Shown: one piece after another, positions 11,221 through 23,350 of the stretch
Position numbering within the stretch: position 1 is the first letter of the stretch
Layout of the letters: every line of letters begins with the position of its first letter
Assembly: GCF_963921235.1 (NCBI RefSeq)
Contig: NC_086097.1
Span: 124,188,001-124,252,000, forward strand
Origin: Mobula hypostoma
Lineage: Eukaryota
Length of the DNA: 64,000 nt
Reading direction: 5' to 3'
Program-made: the position numbers and the translations under genes
Notes under the pieces: generated by a model
What the model was told of the DNA's origin: nothing
What the model saw: only the letters and a program-made list of their open reading frames with translations
Databases searched by the model: none

Positions 11221-13388
11221 AGAAAGGCCTAGAGTGGACATGGAGGGGATGTTTTCAAAAGTGACCTTACCCTTAATTGACCATATTATTCAACTTTCAT
11301 CTAAATGGTTTCCATTATATTTAACTTTGATTGGTCGTATTAATGCAGTTAAGATGTTTTTTCTGCCAAAATTTTTATATATATTTCAGGCATTACCGAT
11401 TTCTGTTCCAAAATCTTTTTTTGATAAAGTTGACTCAAAAATTTCTTCATTTATTTGGCAAAATAAAAACCCAAGACTGGGTAAAATACATTTACAGAAA
11501 GCTAAGACAGATGGAGGTTTAGCATTACCTAACTTTAGATTCTATTATTGGGCAATTAATATTAGACATATGAAATTTTGGTTACTTGACCAGGATATAC
11601 TATCCATTCCTAAATGGGTAGCATAGGAATTACAATCTGTTCAGGGCTATACACTTGGCTCTATTTTAGGTTCCTCTCTTCCTTTTGATTTGAAACGCCT
11701 CAAACAGGTCTCTAACCCGATAGTTAAATATACCTTACGTATTTGGTTTCAATTCAGAAAATTTTTTGATCTTAACCAATTTGGGTTAGCGATTCCCATT
11801 TTAGGTAACATATTTTTTCCTCCCTCTTTCACAGATCGTGCTTTTCAAATTTGGAAGACTAAGGGTATTTCACGGTTTTTGGATTTATTTTTAGATGGTT
11901 CCCTTATGTCTTTTGAACAATTATCTAATAAATATAACTTATCAAGAATACATTTTTTTAGATATCTACAAGTTAGAAATTTCCTAAGTACTATACTTTC
12001 TTCCTTTCCAATGCTTCCTCCTACATATATTTTAGATACTATAATTAACCTTAATCCATGTCAGAAAGGTGCATCGGCTATGATTTATAATATTATTACG
12101 AAATTTAGGAAAACTCCATTTGATAAGATTAGGGTAGATTGGGAACAGGAATCGGGTTCTATCATTTCTGTGGATGACTGGGGGTAGATTTTAGTCAATT
12201 AGTCAATACTTCCTCTATCTGTGCTAAACATTCCCTAATTCAATTTAAAGTTGTTCATAGAGCACATATGTCCAAAGATAAATTAGCTCGTTTTTATTCT
12301 CATATTAATCCTTTTTGTGATAGATGTCCGGGGCAGATAGCCTCTTTAACTCATATGTTTTGGTCTTGTCCTACTCTGGAAACTTTTTGGAGAGACATTT
12401 TTAATATTATCTCAAAGGTATTGAATATAGATATCTCTCCTCACCCTATTACTGCTATCTTTGGATTACCTAAAATTTCCAATAATCTTTCTCCTTCAGC
12501 CCGTAGAATGATTGCATTTCTTACTTTAATGGCGAAAAGATGTATCTTACAACATTGGAAAGAGCTTAATGCTCCAACCACCTTTTTTTGGTTTTCTCAG
12601 ATGATATTATGCTTGAATTTGGAGAAAATTAGAAGCAATCTCTATGATTCCTCACTTAAATTTGAACAGACCTGGAGATCTTTTATTCAATATTTTCATT
12701 TAATGTAATTTTTTTTTCTTCTCTTTTTGGCTCCATATTTATATTCCCTTCTTGTTTTTTTTTACTGTTTTTAATGGAGGTCGGGTTTGAGGACGTGATT
12801 TTAAGTTCTTTAACTCTACTTGGTTCCAAGTTAGCCCATTGCTTTGCTTTTAGTTTTGTTGCATGGTGGGTTTTTTTTGGTTTTTTTTTTCCTTTTCTAT
12901 ATATATATATATATATAAATTAGTATACTATTATGTTACCTTATTATGTTATGTTTAAATTACATTGTTTGTATCTTTCTTTATCTGTATTAATATCTCC
13001 TGTAATTTTATTATATTCTAACAGTGTATTAGTGCCTATATGGCTTACCCTTTTGTATACTTATTCAATAAAAAGATTTAAAAAGAAAGAAAAGAAAAGT
13101 GACCAGAGGACAGAGCCTTAGAATAGAAGAACATCCCTTTGGAATAAAGGTGAGGAGAATTTCTTTGGCTACAGCATGGTGAATCTGTGGAATTCATTGC
13201 CACAGGTAGCTGTGGAGGACAAGTCATTAGGTATATTTTAAAGCAGAGTTTGATAGTATTTTGATCAGTTAGGGCATCGAAGGTTATGAGAAGTCAGGAG
13301 AAAGGGGTAAAGAAGGATAATAAATCAGCCATAATGGAATGATGGAGCAGTGTCGATGGGGCAAATAGCCTAATTCTAATATGGTCTA
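11221..13388 (+). mobile_element. Old CR1 3' fragment interrupted by the L1
   Basis: aaaggcctagagtggacatggaggggatgtttt continues after the TSD as agaggacagagccttagaatagaagaacatcccttt... Confidence 0.75.
11267..13094 (+). mobile_element. 5'-truncated L1-clade LINE (ORF2 C-terminal part, 3' UTR, A-rich tail), inserted in a CR1 fragment
   Basis: LTLIGRINAVKMFFLPKFLYIFQALP, GGLALPNFRFYYWA and CCHC knuckle CDRC-x8-H-x4-C; AATAAA at 13067-13072; 10-bp TSD AAAAGTGACC at 11257-11266 and 13095-13104. Inactivated by TAG at 11624, TAG at 12185 and a frameshift near 12190. Confidence 0.93.
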
Positions 13389-13920
13389 ATAAACAATGTG
13401 CTGGAGAAACTCAGATGGTCATGCATCTATGGGAAGAAACAAACTGTCATCATGTTGGTTTGAAACTTGGACCAGGATTGAGAGTGGAGAGGCAAGATGG
13501 CCAGTAGAAAGAAACAATTCCAAGGTGAATGACCATAAACATAGGAGCAGAATTTGGCCATTAAGCTCATCAAGTCTGATCTGCCATCCCATCAGGGTTG
13601 ATTTGTTATCACTCTCAAACCCATTCACCTGCCCTCGCCCCATAACCAACTAACCATGTTCAGTTACGAAAGCAGATATTGTTCTCAAAATGAAATTTAA
13701 GATGTTGCCCAATCATTTCTTAAAGCAATGAAAATGTGTTTTAAACAGAGCAATTAAGCATACTGAACACAAGAGATTCAGTAGATGCTAGCAGTCCAGA
13801 GTAACACACCCAAAATGCTGGAGGAACCCAACAGCATCTATATTGGGGATTAACAGTAGACATTTCGGGCCTACTGAAGGCAGCTGGATACATGAGAAGG
13901 GGTAAAATCAATTTGCTTAC

Positions 13921-14079
13921 CTAATGCTGTATTTCCTCTGCCTGCATTATCATTCTCATCATCAAACTCTATCCGCACACCCTTTCCAGTGCCAGCAGAA
14001 ACACCACAGCCACCACTACGGCAGAGGGAAATAGGAACCACTCCATAAACATATGCTAACATAATGGGTACTCCAATGC
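13921..14079 (-). CDS. RNF19A: RNF19A coding exon 6
   Basis: tcttcacag|[60 protein letters not shown]; donor TAG|gtaagc; 159 nt. Confidence 0.95.
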
Positions 14080-14362
14080 CTGTGAAGACAGAATACAAAA
14101 AGAAAGTTACTTAACAACTACAAAACACACAATGTCTGTAACTGTTAGCGGTAGGATTTTTATGTGCTGCACTACATGGATTCACACTGCTCTTTCACAT
14201 TAATTTAATAGAGATACCAGAGTTAATAAAAATAAAAATAATCTGGCCCATCACTTTGGTAACAGCAAATAAGCCTTAAGTCAAGACAGGCCAGTCCATG
14301 TGGGTAAGCCACCATTTCCTACTGCTAAACCAGATGATTGAAGACGACTGATACTTCATTAA

Positions 14363-14545
14363 TAACACACAAAATGCAACAGGTCAGGCAGCATCTATGG
14401 AAGGGATATGAAAAGAGTCAACAATTCGTCATGAATGGTTTCGGCCCTTTATTCCTTTCCATTGATGCTGCCTGACCTGCTGTGCCCCTTCACCATTCTG
14501 TGTGTGTTGCCCTGGACTTCCGGCATCTACAGATTCTCATGTTTC
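14363..14545. mobile_element. Old Penelope-derived palindromic element
   Basis: aacacacaaaatg..caggtcaggcagcatctatggaa ... ttccattgatgctgcctgacctgctg..tgtgtgttg, then tail ggcatctacagattctc. Confidence 0.6.
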
Positions 14546-16449
14546 TAATTCTTCATTATTTTGTGCTATAACTGGCCTATGCCCTGAGTGCTAGTTTTGT
14601 TAATGACCAGGCTTTTGTTATTTGCAAATACCCCACTTACAAACAGATTATATTAAAATCTGACTTTCTATTAGAGACCCAAAATGCACTAACATTTCTA
14701 ACACCTCTCAACAGTCATTCTTTTGAGTTCCACTTTCGTTTCTAATCAATGTCAACTAGGCAAAAGCATCAACAGCTGCACAATATGAAGTACGTTCAGA
14801 CACAAAGCAGCCACAGACACACCACACTCTGAAACTGTTGGTTGACAACCTAACACCAATGCAAATTTACAGAACATTTAGGATTTTAACAGCAAAAAAA
14901 ATACAGAAAAAAAATTAGCCAATAGTCTTCATTTTGACCACCACCTTGGCCACTTTGACCATATGTAACAGGGTCAAAACTCAGTACAGTATACCACTCT
15001 GTGATAGTTTAGAATGCTTTCAGACAACTCATATTGCAGATTCGTCAACTGTACCTTCTCCCTGATGGTAGTAAGGAGAAGTGGACATGTCCTAGATGTT
15101 GAGGCCCTTTATGATGGATGTCACCATCTTGAGGCATCGCATATTAAGATACTCCCGACGCTGGGGAGGCTACTACCTATAATGGAGCGGCTGAGTTTAC
15201 AACCCTCTGTAGCTTTTTCCGATCCAGTGCAGTGGCACCTACCAGACCTATGTCGAATGCTCTCCACAGTACATCTGTAGAAATTTGTTCAAGTCTTTGG
15301 AGACATTCCAAATCTGCACAAACTTCTAATGAAATCTAATCTCTGGCATGCTTCATAATTGTATCAATATGTTGAGCCCAGTATAGACCTTTAGAGATGT
15401 TGAATTCTGATCAGTACAAAGGATCCAATGAGCAAAACGTCCAACATCAGCAGAAAGGAAGAGTGACCTGTTAACTGGTCTTGGCTGAAAATTCCAACAT
15501 ATATTGCTAATGTCGATTTATAAGGAATTTATCTGAGGACTAGGAATTCCCCACCACTGAAATCTATGGATGCTTGGTTCATGAGAAGACTAAAGACTTG
15601 AAACAATAGATGCTGAGAAACGAGAGCTAATGGAAATTGGTACCAAGTCAAAACAGAGAAATGATGTTCTTCCTTATACTGTGTATTGCTGGAACATAGT
15701 ACAACACCCTTCACTAAAGCTACCCAATGATAAATTGCTCCTCAGATTATAAACAAGAGATTCTGCAGACGCTGGAACTCCAGAGAAAAACACACACACA
15801 AAATGACGTAGGTATTCAACGGAGAGGAATAAACAGCTGACATTTCAGGTTGAGCCCTGACGAAGAGACTACGCCCAAAAAGTTGACCCTTATTCCCCTC
15901 CTTAGATACTGCCTGACCTTCTGAGTCACTTCAACACTCTGTGTGTATTGCACCTTAGGCTATTGTGGAAGCAGCTCCTAGATGACTGCTCTTGGACAAA
16001 CCAGGGAGGGAAGCACGACACTGAGCACTGATTTGCAGATCTCCTGTGGTGGAAGGATGTGGACCACTGCTGGAAAATAGCAGAACCTTTTTCATATGTT
16101 GGCAAATCACTCAGATCCTTCAGTCCCTCATCACTATCTGGTGAATATGATATCATCCCTCCCTCTCTCACACAGTGGGGAGAGCTAAGCAGCCAAGAGA
16201 TTCCACTATGGCAATTCGCTCAAAGGCTATCGATCACCCTATTCCCTTCACCCAAATCAACCCATTTTGGAATTAATATTAACAGCTTGTTTCCAACTTC
16301 TCAGATAATGGGGTGGACTAAATGGCAATTTGCGGATCTCAGAGCTGCACCCCTGGTGATCTGGCGAACATCTATTGCTAGATATTCCAATTAACATTCA
16401 GCAAGAGGTGGACTTTTGTGCAGACATAACCACAAGAGATTCTACAGAT

Positions 16450-16715
16450 AACAACACACATAAAAGTTGCTGGTGAACGCAGCAGGCCAGGCAGCATCTC
16501 TAGGAAGAGGTGCAGTCGACGTTTCAGGCCGAGACCCTTCGTCTGGACTAACTGAAGGAAGAATGAGTAACTCCTTCAGTTAGTCCTGACGAAGGGTCTG
16601 GGCCTGAAACGTCGACTGCACCTCTTCCTAGAGATGCTGCCCGGCCTGCTGCGTTCACCAGCAACTTCTATGTGTGTTGCTTGAATTTCCAGCATCTGCA
16701 GAATTCCTGTTGTTT
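16450..16715 (+). mobile_element. Young Penelope-derived palindromic non-autonomous retro-element, copy 1
   Basis: About 110-bp inverted arms around a 12-nt loop plus an unpaired tail ending ctgttgttt; 14-bp TSD GAGATTCTACAGAT at 16436-16449 and 16716-16729. Confidence 0.88.
16581..16618 (+). ncRNA. Minimal type I hammerhead ribozyme motif
   Basis: tagtc CTGACGA agggtctgggcct GAAAC GTC gactg: stem I agtc/gact, conserved core, palindromic ACGT stem III, GUC triplet. Confidence 0.6.
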
Positions 16716-18145
16716 GAGATTCTACAGATGCTGGAAATACACAGCAACAGGCACAAGATGCTGGAGGAACTCAGCAAGTCAGGCAGCATCTATGGAGAGG
16801 CACAAACAGTCAACATTTCAGATCGAGACCCTTCATCAGGACTGGAAAGGAAGGAAGAAGCGGAATAAGTGGGGGGCGGGGAGGAGAAGGAGTACAAATT
16901 GGCAAATGATAGGTGACACCAGGTGAGGGGAAAGGTGGGAATGAAGTGAGAAGCTGGGAGATGACAGATGGAAGAGGTAAAGGGCTGAAAATGGTATCAG
17001 TTAAGAGAGGAGAGTGGTCCATGGGAGAAAGAGAAGGAAGAGGGGCACCAGAGAAAGGTGATAGGCAGTTGTGGAGGAGGAGGAGTAAGAAGGGTGTCAG
17101 AATGGGGAATAGAAAAAGAGAGAAGGGAGAGGGGGAAGATATTACCAAAAATTGATGTTCATGCCATCAGGTCCGAGGCTCCCCAGATGGAACACAAGAT
17201 GTTGTTCAGTAAGTAACTCCATGTCAGCAATAAATGCTAATTATACACAAACGCTTTAATAATTATCCACTTGGTGTTCAAAATGCCCATCTAGACTGTT
17301 AACCAATACCAACCCTTGGTGGAACATGGTCATCCCTTTCACAATGGTGGTTAAAACAAAAATGCCAAAAGAACAAAGGTGCAGGTGGAAATAAGGTTTA
17401 AAAAAAAAAGGAAGGGGGCAGAAGGGAGAAATTACAAGTTAGAGAAATTGATGTGCCTGCTGCGTTCACCAGCAATTTTGATGTGTGTTGCTTGATGTGC
17501 ATGCTGTCAGGCTGGAGGCTGCCCAGACAGATTACGAGGTGTTGCTTCTCCACCTGAGCATCGCCCCATCATGACAGTACAGGAGCCCAAGGACCGACAT
17601 GTCAGAATGGGAATGAGAAGTGGAGTTAAAATGGGTGGCCACCAGGGAAGCCCACCTTTTGAGACAAACCGAGCAAACGGTGCTCAGTGCATGCATACAT
17701 TTTGCAAAGTAGAAATCCAGAACATTAGCACTGATACAAGCATTCATGGCTGCCTTGATATGGCAGCAGTTTTGCAGAGCAACTGAGGCATAGAAATGTA
17801 CTTCAAAAATCAGACAACTGGGTGCAACACATTCTTTTAAAGCCAAAACACTCCTTTTTTTGTATGAACACATTAGGTCTTTTCTTTTTTATTACTATGA
17901 ACATGGCAAATGAGGATGAGCTAAGTCATACCACTGCATTTCACTAAGTTATTCACTATTGATGTTTTACTGACAAAGACATGGGCACTCAAAGCCAGCA
18001 GCAGAGAAGGAAAAAAAAACACAAGTGTTCATTTCTGTGCAAATGCTTTCTTCCAGCTCCATATCTTAGAATCTAACATTTTAAGATTTAAAAATATACT
18101 TTAATCAAAGGAAAAAATGTTCTCTGTAAGTAAAATCATGAAACC

Positions 18146-18550
18146 ATAGGATATAGGAGCAGAATTAGGTTATTCAACCCATCAAGTAGCTCTACCATTC
18201 CATTATGGCTGATTTATTATCCCTCTTAACCTCATTGTCCTGCCTTCTCCCCATAACCTTTGACGTCCTTACTAATCAAGAAACTATCAACCTCCGTTTT
18301 AAATAAACTTAACGATTTGACCTCCACGCCCATCTGTGGCAATGAACACCAGATTCACCCCCTGACTAAAATTCTCCCTCATCTCTGTTCTGAAGGGACA
18401 CCCTTCTAGGCCGAGGTGGTGCGCCCTGCTCCCAGACTCCACCCCCCCGCCCCACCACTGGAAACATCCTCAGCACGTCCACTCTATCCAGGCCTTCATT
18501 CTTCTCAACTCCAGCGAGCACAGGCACAGAGGTATATCAATTGCTCCTTT
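18146..18550 (-). mobile_element. Degenerate CR1 3' fragment
   Basis: cataggatataggagcagaattagg...ccttctccccataacctttga...actaatcaagaa pattern. Confidence 0.75.
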
Positions 18551-19016
18551 TACCCTCCGCACCCTCGCCATGGCAGAGACAACTAAAGATTTGTTAAAAA
18601 AAATACCCAAGTAATTTACTATTCTAACAAACACAGCCAGCCTAGCTTTCCAATAAATGGCAGTCAATCTGAGGGAAGCAAAGCCATGACCAGAATAATG
18701 AACATCTTTTAACAAATTAAAATTTTGTACACCAATGAAGTTTCAAAATTACACTGATAAACAGTGGAGTACAAAATGCACAGATTAGAACTGCACACTA
18801 GGGCAATCCTGGTCATTCAAAGATGCTGCATTGTGACATTTTCCATTCTGCTCTAATTTAGTCCAAAATAATAAAATGGAATGGTGGAACAGACACGGTG
18901 GGCTAAATGGCCTAATTTTGCTCGTCTTATTTACAAGTAGCAAACACAGCTACTAACATACCCAGCTTTTATCCAATATTGTTAGATAAAAATCTCCAAT
19001 GTTAAACTTTTCTTAC

Positions 19017-19131
19017 CAACAGTTACTGCAGCAACAACAGGCGAAACAATGACTGACAATGTTACACCTCCAGTGATTGCCAAGTTCCGTTTGTGCTTTG
19101 AAATGTCCTTTCCCTCGTAGCGATTATGTAT
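19017..19131 (-). CDS. RNF19A: RNF19A coding exon 5
   Basis: Not in the ORF track. gttttctag|[47 protein letters not shown]; donor TTG|gtaaga; 115 nt. Confidence 0.95.
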
Positions 19132-19619
19132 CTAGAAAACAACAAAATCTTTAAACAGGTGTTTGACAGCTTTCTTTTGTTATCACCATGTTCCAAACTA
19201 AAGGAAGAACTGTGTATAGGGGAATTTTTTTCTTCAGTTATACTGCTATGGAATACCTTGGGCTATATTACAACACCAAATACTTTAGAAATGCAGCTGG
19301 TTTGGGGGGAAATCAAAGAATGAGGCTGATGACTAAAGATAATTCCTTTATAGTTCATATGCAAGATCACACAACTCTGCACAGGCACATAATCAAATAG
19401 ATGTCATGTCAGCTGGCAAAATTAGAAGAAACTAAGCACTTGCTCAAGCACAGATTTTAAGGAGAGTCTTAAACAGAGACTAGAAGTAAAGAATTAGAAG
19501 CCCATGTGGGCACTTAGCAATAAGCATTCACAGGAACCAGTATAACGTGCAATTTTCACAACTGTAGTTTTGAACACTTTAAAAATACACTTAAAACACT
19601 TGGGAGTTTCAGGAGAAAA

Positions 19620-20063
19620 GATCCCGGAATGAAAAGATTAACAGCTAGATGGCTCTGGGCCTGTACTCGCTGGTGTTTAAAAGAATGAGGGGGCATCTCA
19701 TTGAAGTCTATCAAATATTGAAAGGCCCAGATAGAGTGGACATGGAGAGGACATTTCCTATAGTGAGGAAATCTACGACCAGAGGGCCTATCCTCAGAAT
19801 AGAAAGACATCCCTTTAGAACAGAGATGAGGAGGATTTTTAGCCAGGCAGTGGTGAATCCACGGAACTCAATGCCACAGATGCTGTGAAGGCCAATTCAT
19901 GGGTTATATTTAAAGCAGTGGTACATAGGTTCTTGAATAGTCAGGGTGTCAAAGGTTACTGGGAGAAGGCTGAGAATGGGTTTGAGAAAGATAATAAATC
20001 AACCATGATGGAATGGCAGAATAGACTGGATGGGCCAAATGGTCCATTTCTGCTATGTCTTAC
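19620..20063 (+). mobile_element. Degenerate CR1 3' fragment
   Basis: ALGLYSLVFKRMRGHLIEVYQILKGPDRVDMERTFP... Confidence 0.85.
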
Positions 20064-22605
20064 TGCCCAATGGAAATTCTGATTTATTATAAATTTCAGT
20101 ACATGCATGCACTTTTACATCTAGAGGATTCAAGTACTTTTGATATTTGATTAAACAAAAAATCTTTGCATGGTCCCATTTAAAATTGATTCCAAAGGAA
20201 TTATACAGTCTTGGTTCTAACAAAGTGGGAAAAAAATGCCTTTTCAGCAGCTGTAACAACACTAGTACATTTCTCTTTTAAATTATCCAAACGAAGAGCA
20301 GAGTTCTTTTTTAAATGCTGGAGGCTTTATCTTGCTCTGACACAATCAGTAAATGTTGCAATTTACAGGAATCTTTATTCAACTCGAGACCCCGTGCCTG
20401 CTCCGTAAAAACTTAATTCCCAAAACAGGAAATTCTCAACTGGTAGACAAGTTTTTTTTAAAAAAAGAGAAATTGTAAGTTCAATTACCACGTAGGCATA
20501 AAAGGTTCTTTCTTTTGATGCCATTGATATTAATATAATTCAAACTGATTAGGCAATCAAATTACCACACATACTTTCTAAAAAAAATTGCATTACTTTT
20601 TGTGGCAACTTACACTCCACTATTCTCTATTTCGTCATTTATCGTCCCCTCCCACTAACAAATGAATCTAAGTGTTCATAACAACATACAACAAATCTCA
20701 ATCACAACATACAACAACTAAACATCATACAACTGATTTTAAGCAGAAACTAAAGGGCAAACTAAATGTTGCAAAAGAAATGTCAGACAGCACAGCGGCA
20801 CACAAAATATTGAACTAGGCTGAGAGCCACATAAAATTGCATAACATTTCCATGACTAGCAGGACCCATTTTATTCTCCCTGTATTTTTTTCTCCTACTG
20901 CAACAGTTTATTTTGGGGAAGGAAAAACAGGAGGTCTGGTTGATTTTTATTCCCTGGATTAACATACACATTCAAATATCGTCAACGTTACACTTTCTAT
21001 CCAATTTGTAAACTTCATCTGCAGTGTGAATACTGCTGTCACGTTCTCCACATCTAAATTTTCTACTTGCGGGTATAACTGATGAAATAAACTGATCATG
21101 AGCTTGAAGCCAAGTTAATCCTCTTAAAAATGGTAAGTACCAATAATGCACTAAGCAACACTGAAGGCCACGTGCAAGTGAACATGGCCTTCACTATCCT
21201 AAGTGCACCTTTTTAAGGTCACATGCAAGCAAATTTTTTTTAAAAGGTCATTTCCTTAAAAAGGCAGACAGGCGGGTGATGGCTAATATTTTACCTTCAG
21301 TAATACATTACTATACTAATGTTAGAATCAGATTTATTATCACTGACATACAGTAGGGCATGAAATTTGTTTTGAGATAGTAGTGTAGTACATAAAAATA
21401 CTATGTTACAAGAAATACAGTATATATTAAAAATTAAAGTAGTGCAAAAAGAGAGCAAAAAAGTGAGGTAGCGAACATTGTCTATTCAGAAATCTGATGG
21501 TGAAGGGTAGGAAGCTGTTTGTAAAATATTGAGTTTGCATCTTCAAGTTCCTGTATCTCCTCTCTGACATTAGTAATAAGAGAGCATGTCCTGTCTGATG
21601 GAAGTCCTTAATCATAGGCGTTGCCTGTTGAAGATGTCCTCAGTTGTGGGGAGGCTATGATGGTGGTGGGCAGCCCATGATGGAAACACAAAATACTCTG
21701 CAGATGCTGGGGTCAAAGCAACACTCACAACACGCTGGAGGAACTCAGCAGGTCGGGCAGCATCCGTGGAAACAATCGGTCAACGTTTCGGGCCGGAACC
21801 CTTCTCAGTCGTGTTGTGAGCCCATGATGGAGCTGGCTGAGTTTACAACCGTCTGCCACTTTTTCTGCAGATGGCTGTAAACTCAGAATGAAGATAATGT
21901 TTTATCTTCAGTAATACTGGTCCTGCTAAAGTGCTTTTATATCCATTAAGGTGGCTTGTGTGAGGGGGAAAGCCCAAGTGAGATAAACCAAAGTGAGATG
22001 GAGACTTCTAAACCAGAAAATAATTGCCAAAAAAACAATTTTCTGCTCTCCACTACTGCTGCCTGACGCGACTATGCATAGTTTTTTAGTGCTGTAGTTC
22101 TTCTTCAAAGGTTATTCTGACTGGGAATGTAGGCAACAACTGATTGACAGCAAGGGTTACACAATATGAAATTTCAAAGATTTTAAATCATAAAAAACAC
22201 TAAGAATGGAAATGGGGATTTGTTTTCAATTTTTCTGCCCTATACACAACCCCTTCAAAGAAAATACATTACCAACAGGGACATTTCTCATACATAATAA
22301 GTAAGCACAGAGTTATAAAGTAATATAGCACAGAAACTGGCCCTTCTGCCCAACTGGTCCATGCAGCTCATTCCACTTACTATGCTTCATGAGAATAAAC
22401 TACCTCACAGATCTTTTAAATCTCTACCCTCTTGTATCCTTGCCAGCAGTTTTGGACTCCCCAAACCCGGGGGGAAAAAAACATAACATTTCTCCTCATC
22501 CACACTTCTTGAACTTATAAACTTCAGTGGGGTCACCTATGACCACAGGAACAAAGATCCAGCCTGGTCTGCCTCTCCCTATAACTCAAGCCTTCTAGTC
22601 TTGTC

Positions 22606-22833
22606 ACAAACAAGAGAAAATCTGCAGCTGCTGGAAATCGAAGCAATACACACAAAATGCTGGAAGAACTCAGCAGGTCAGGCAGCATCTATGGAAAAAA
22701 TACAATATGAAATTTCAAAGACCTTAAAATCACAAAAAGTCCTGAAGGGTTTCAGTCTGAAGTGACCACTGTACTTTTCTCCCCCCATAGATGCTGCCTG
22801 GCCTGCTGAGTTCCTCCAGCATTTTGTATGTAT
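22606..22833. mobile_element. Old Penelope-derived palindromic element
   Basis: caaaatgctggaagaactcagcaggtcaggcagcatctatgg ... ccatagatgctgcctggcctgctgagttcctccagcattttg arms. Confidence 0.7.
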
Positions 22834-22918
22834 TCCTATAGTCTTGTACACCTTCTCCAGCTTGATGACATTCGTAACACACCCTCAATAAATACCTCAG
22901 AGATGTGCATACTCTTTA

Positions 22919-23350
22919 TAAGGGTTAATGGACAAAAAGCATTTGATGGCTCCAGACCTGTAATCACTGGGGTTCAGAAGAATGAAGGGAGATTTCAATG
23001 AAACCCATCGAATATTGAAAGGCCTAGGGTGAGTGGATGTGGAGAAGTTGTTTCCTACAATGGAGGAATCTTAGGACCAAACAGTACAGCCTCAGAATAA
23101 GAGGACGCCTGTTTAGAACAGAGAGGAGGAGGAATTTGTTTAGCTGGGTGGGGAATCTGTGGAATTCATTGCCACCGATGCCTGTGGAGGCCAGGTCATT
23201 TAGTACATTTAAAGCAGATGTTGATAGGTTCTTGATTAGTCAGGCCATCAAAGGTTATGGAAAGAGGGCAGGAGAATGGGTTTAAGACAGATAATAAATC
23301 AGCCATGATTGTACTTCAGAGCAGATGCAATAGGCCAATGGCCTAATTTT
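22919..23350 (+). mobile_element. Degenerate CR1 3' fragment
   Basis: YSLRIRGRLFRTERRRNLFSWVGNLWNSLP. Confidence 0.8.

Larger units (their letters stand above)
16428..17690 (-). mobile_element. Older Penelope-like element remnants (terminal repeat plus GIY-YIG endonuclease C-terminus), in two segments
   Basis: Minus peptide VATHFNSTSHSHSDMSVLGLLYCHD resembles the PLE endonuclease tail; purine-rich spacer; hammerhead-like cagtc CTGATGA agggtctcgatct GAAAT GTT gactg at 16844-16807. Confidence 0.75.

Noticed and set aside
11234..12708. Three plus-strand ORFs as a nested host gene
   Set aside because: They are pieces of one broken L1 ORF2; the first start codon comes from the flanking CR1 sequence.
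16450..16715. Palindrome as a miRNA precursor or classic DNA MITE
   Set aside because: Asymmetric fixed tail, 13-14 bp variable TSDs and homology to Penelope termini fit a retro-element better.
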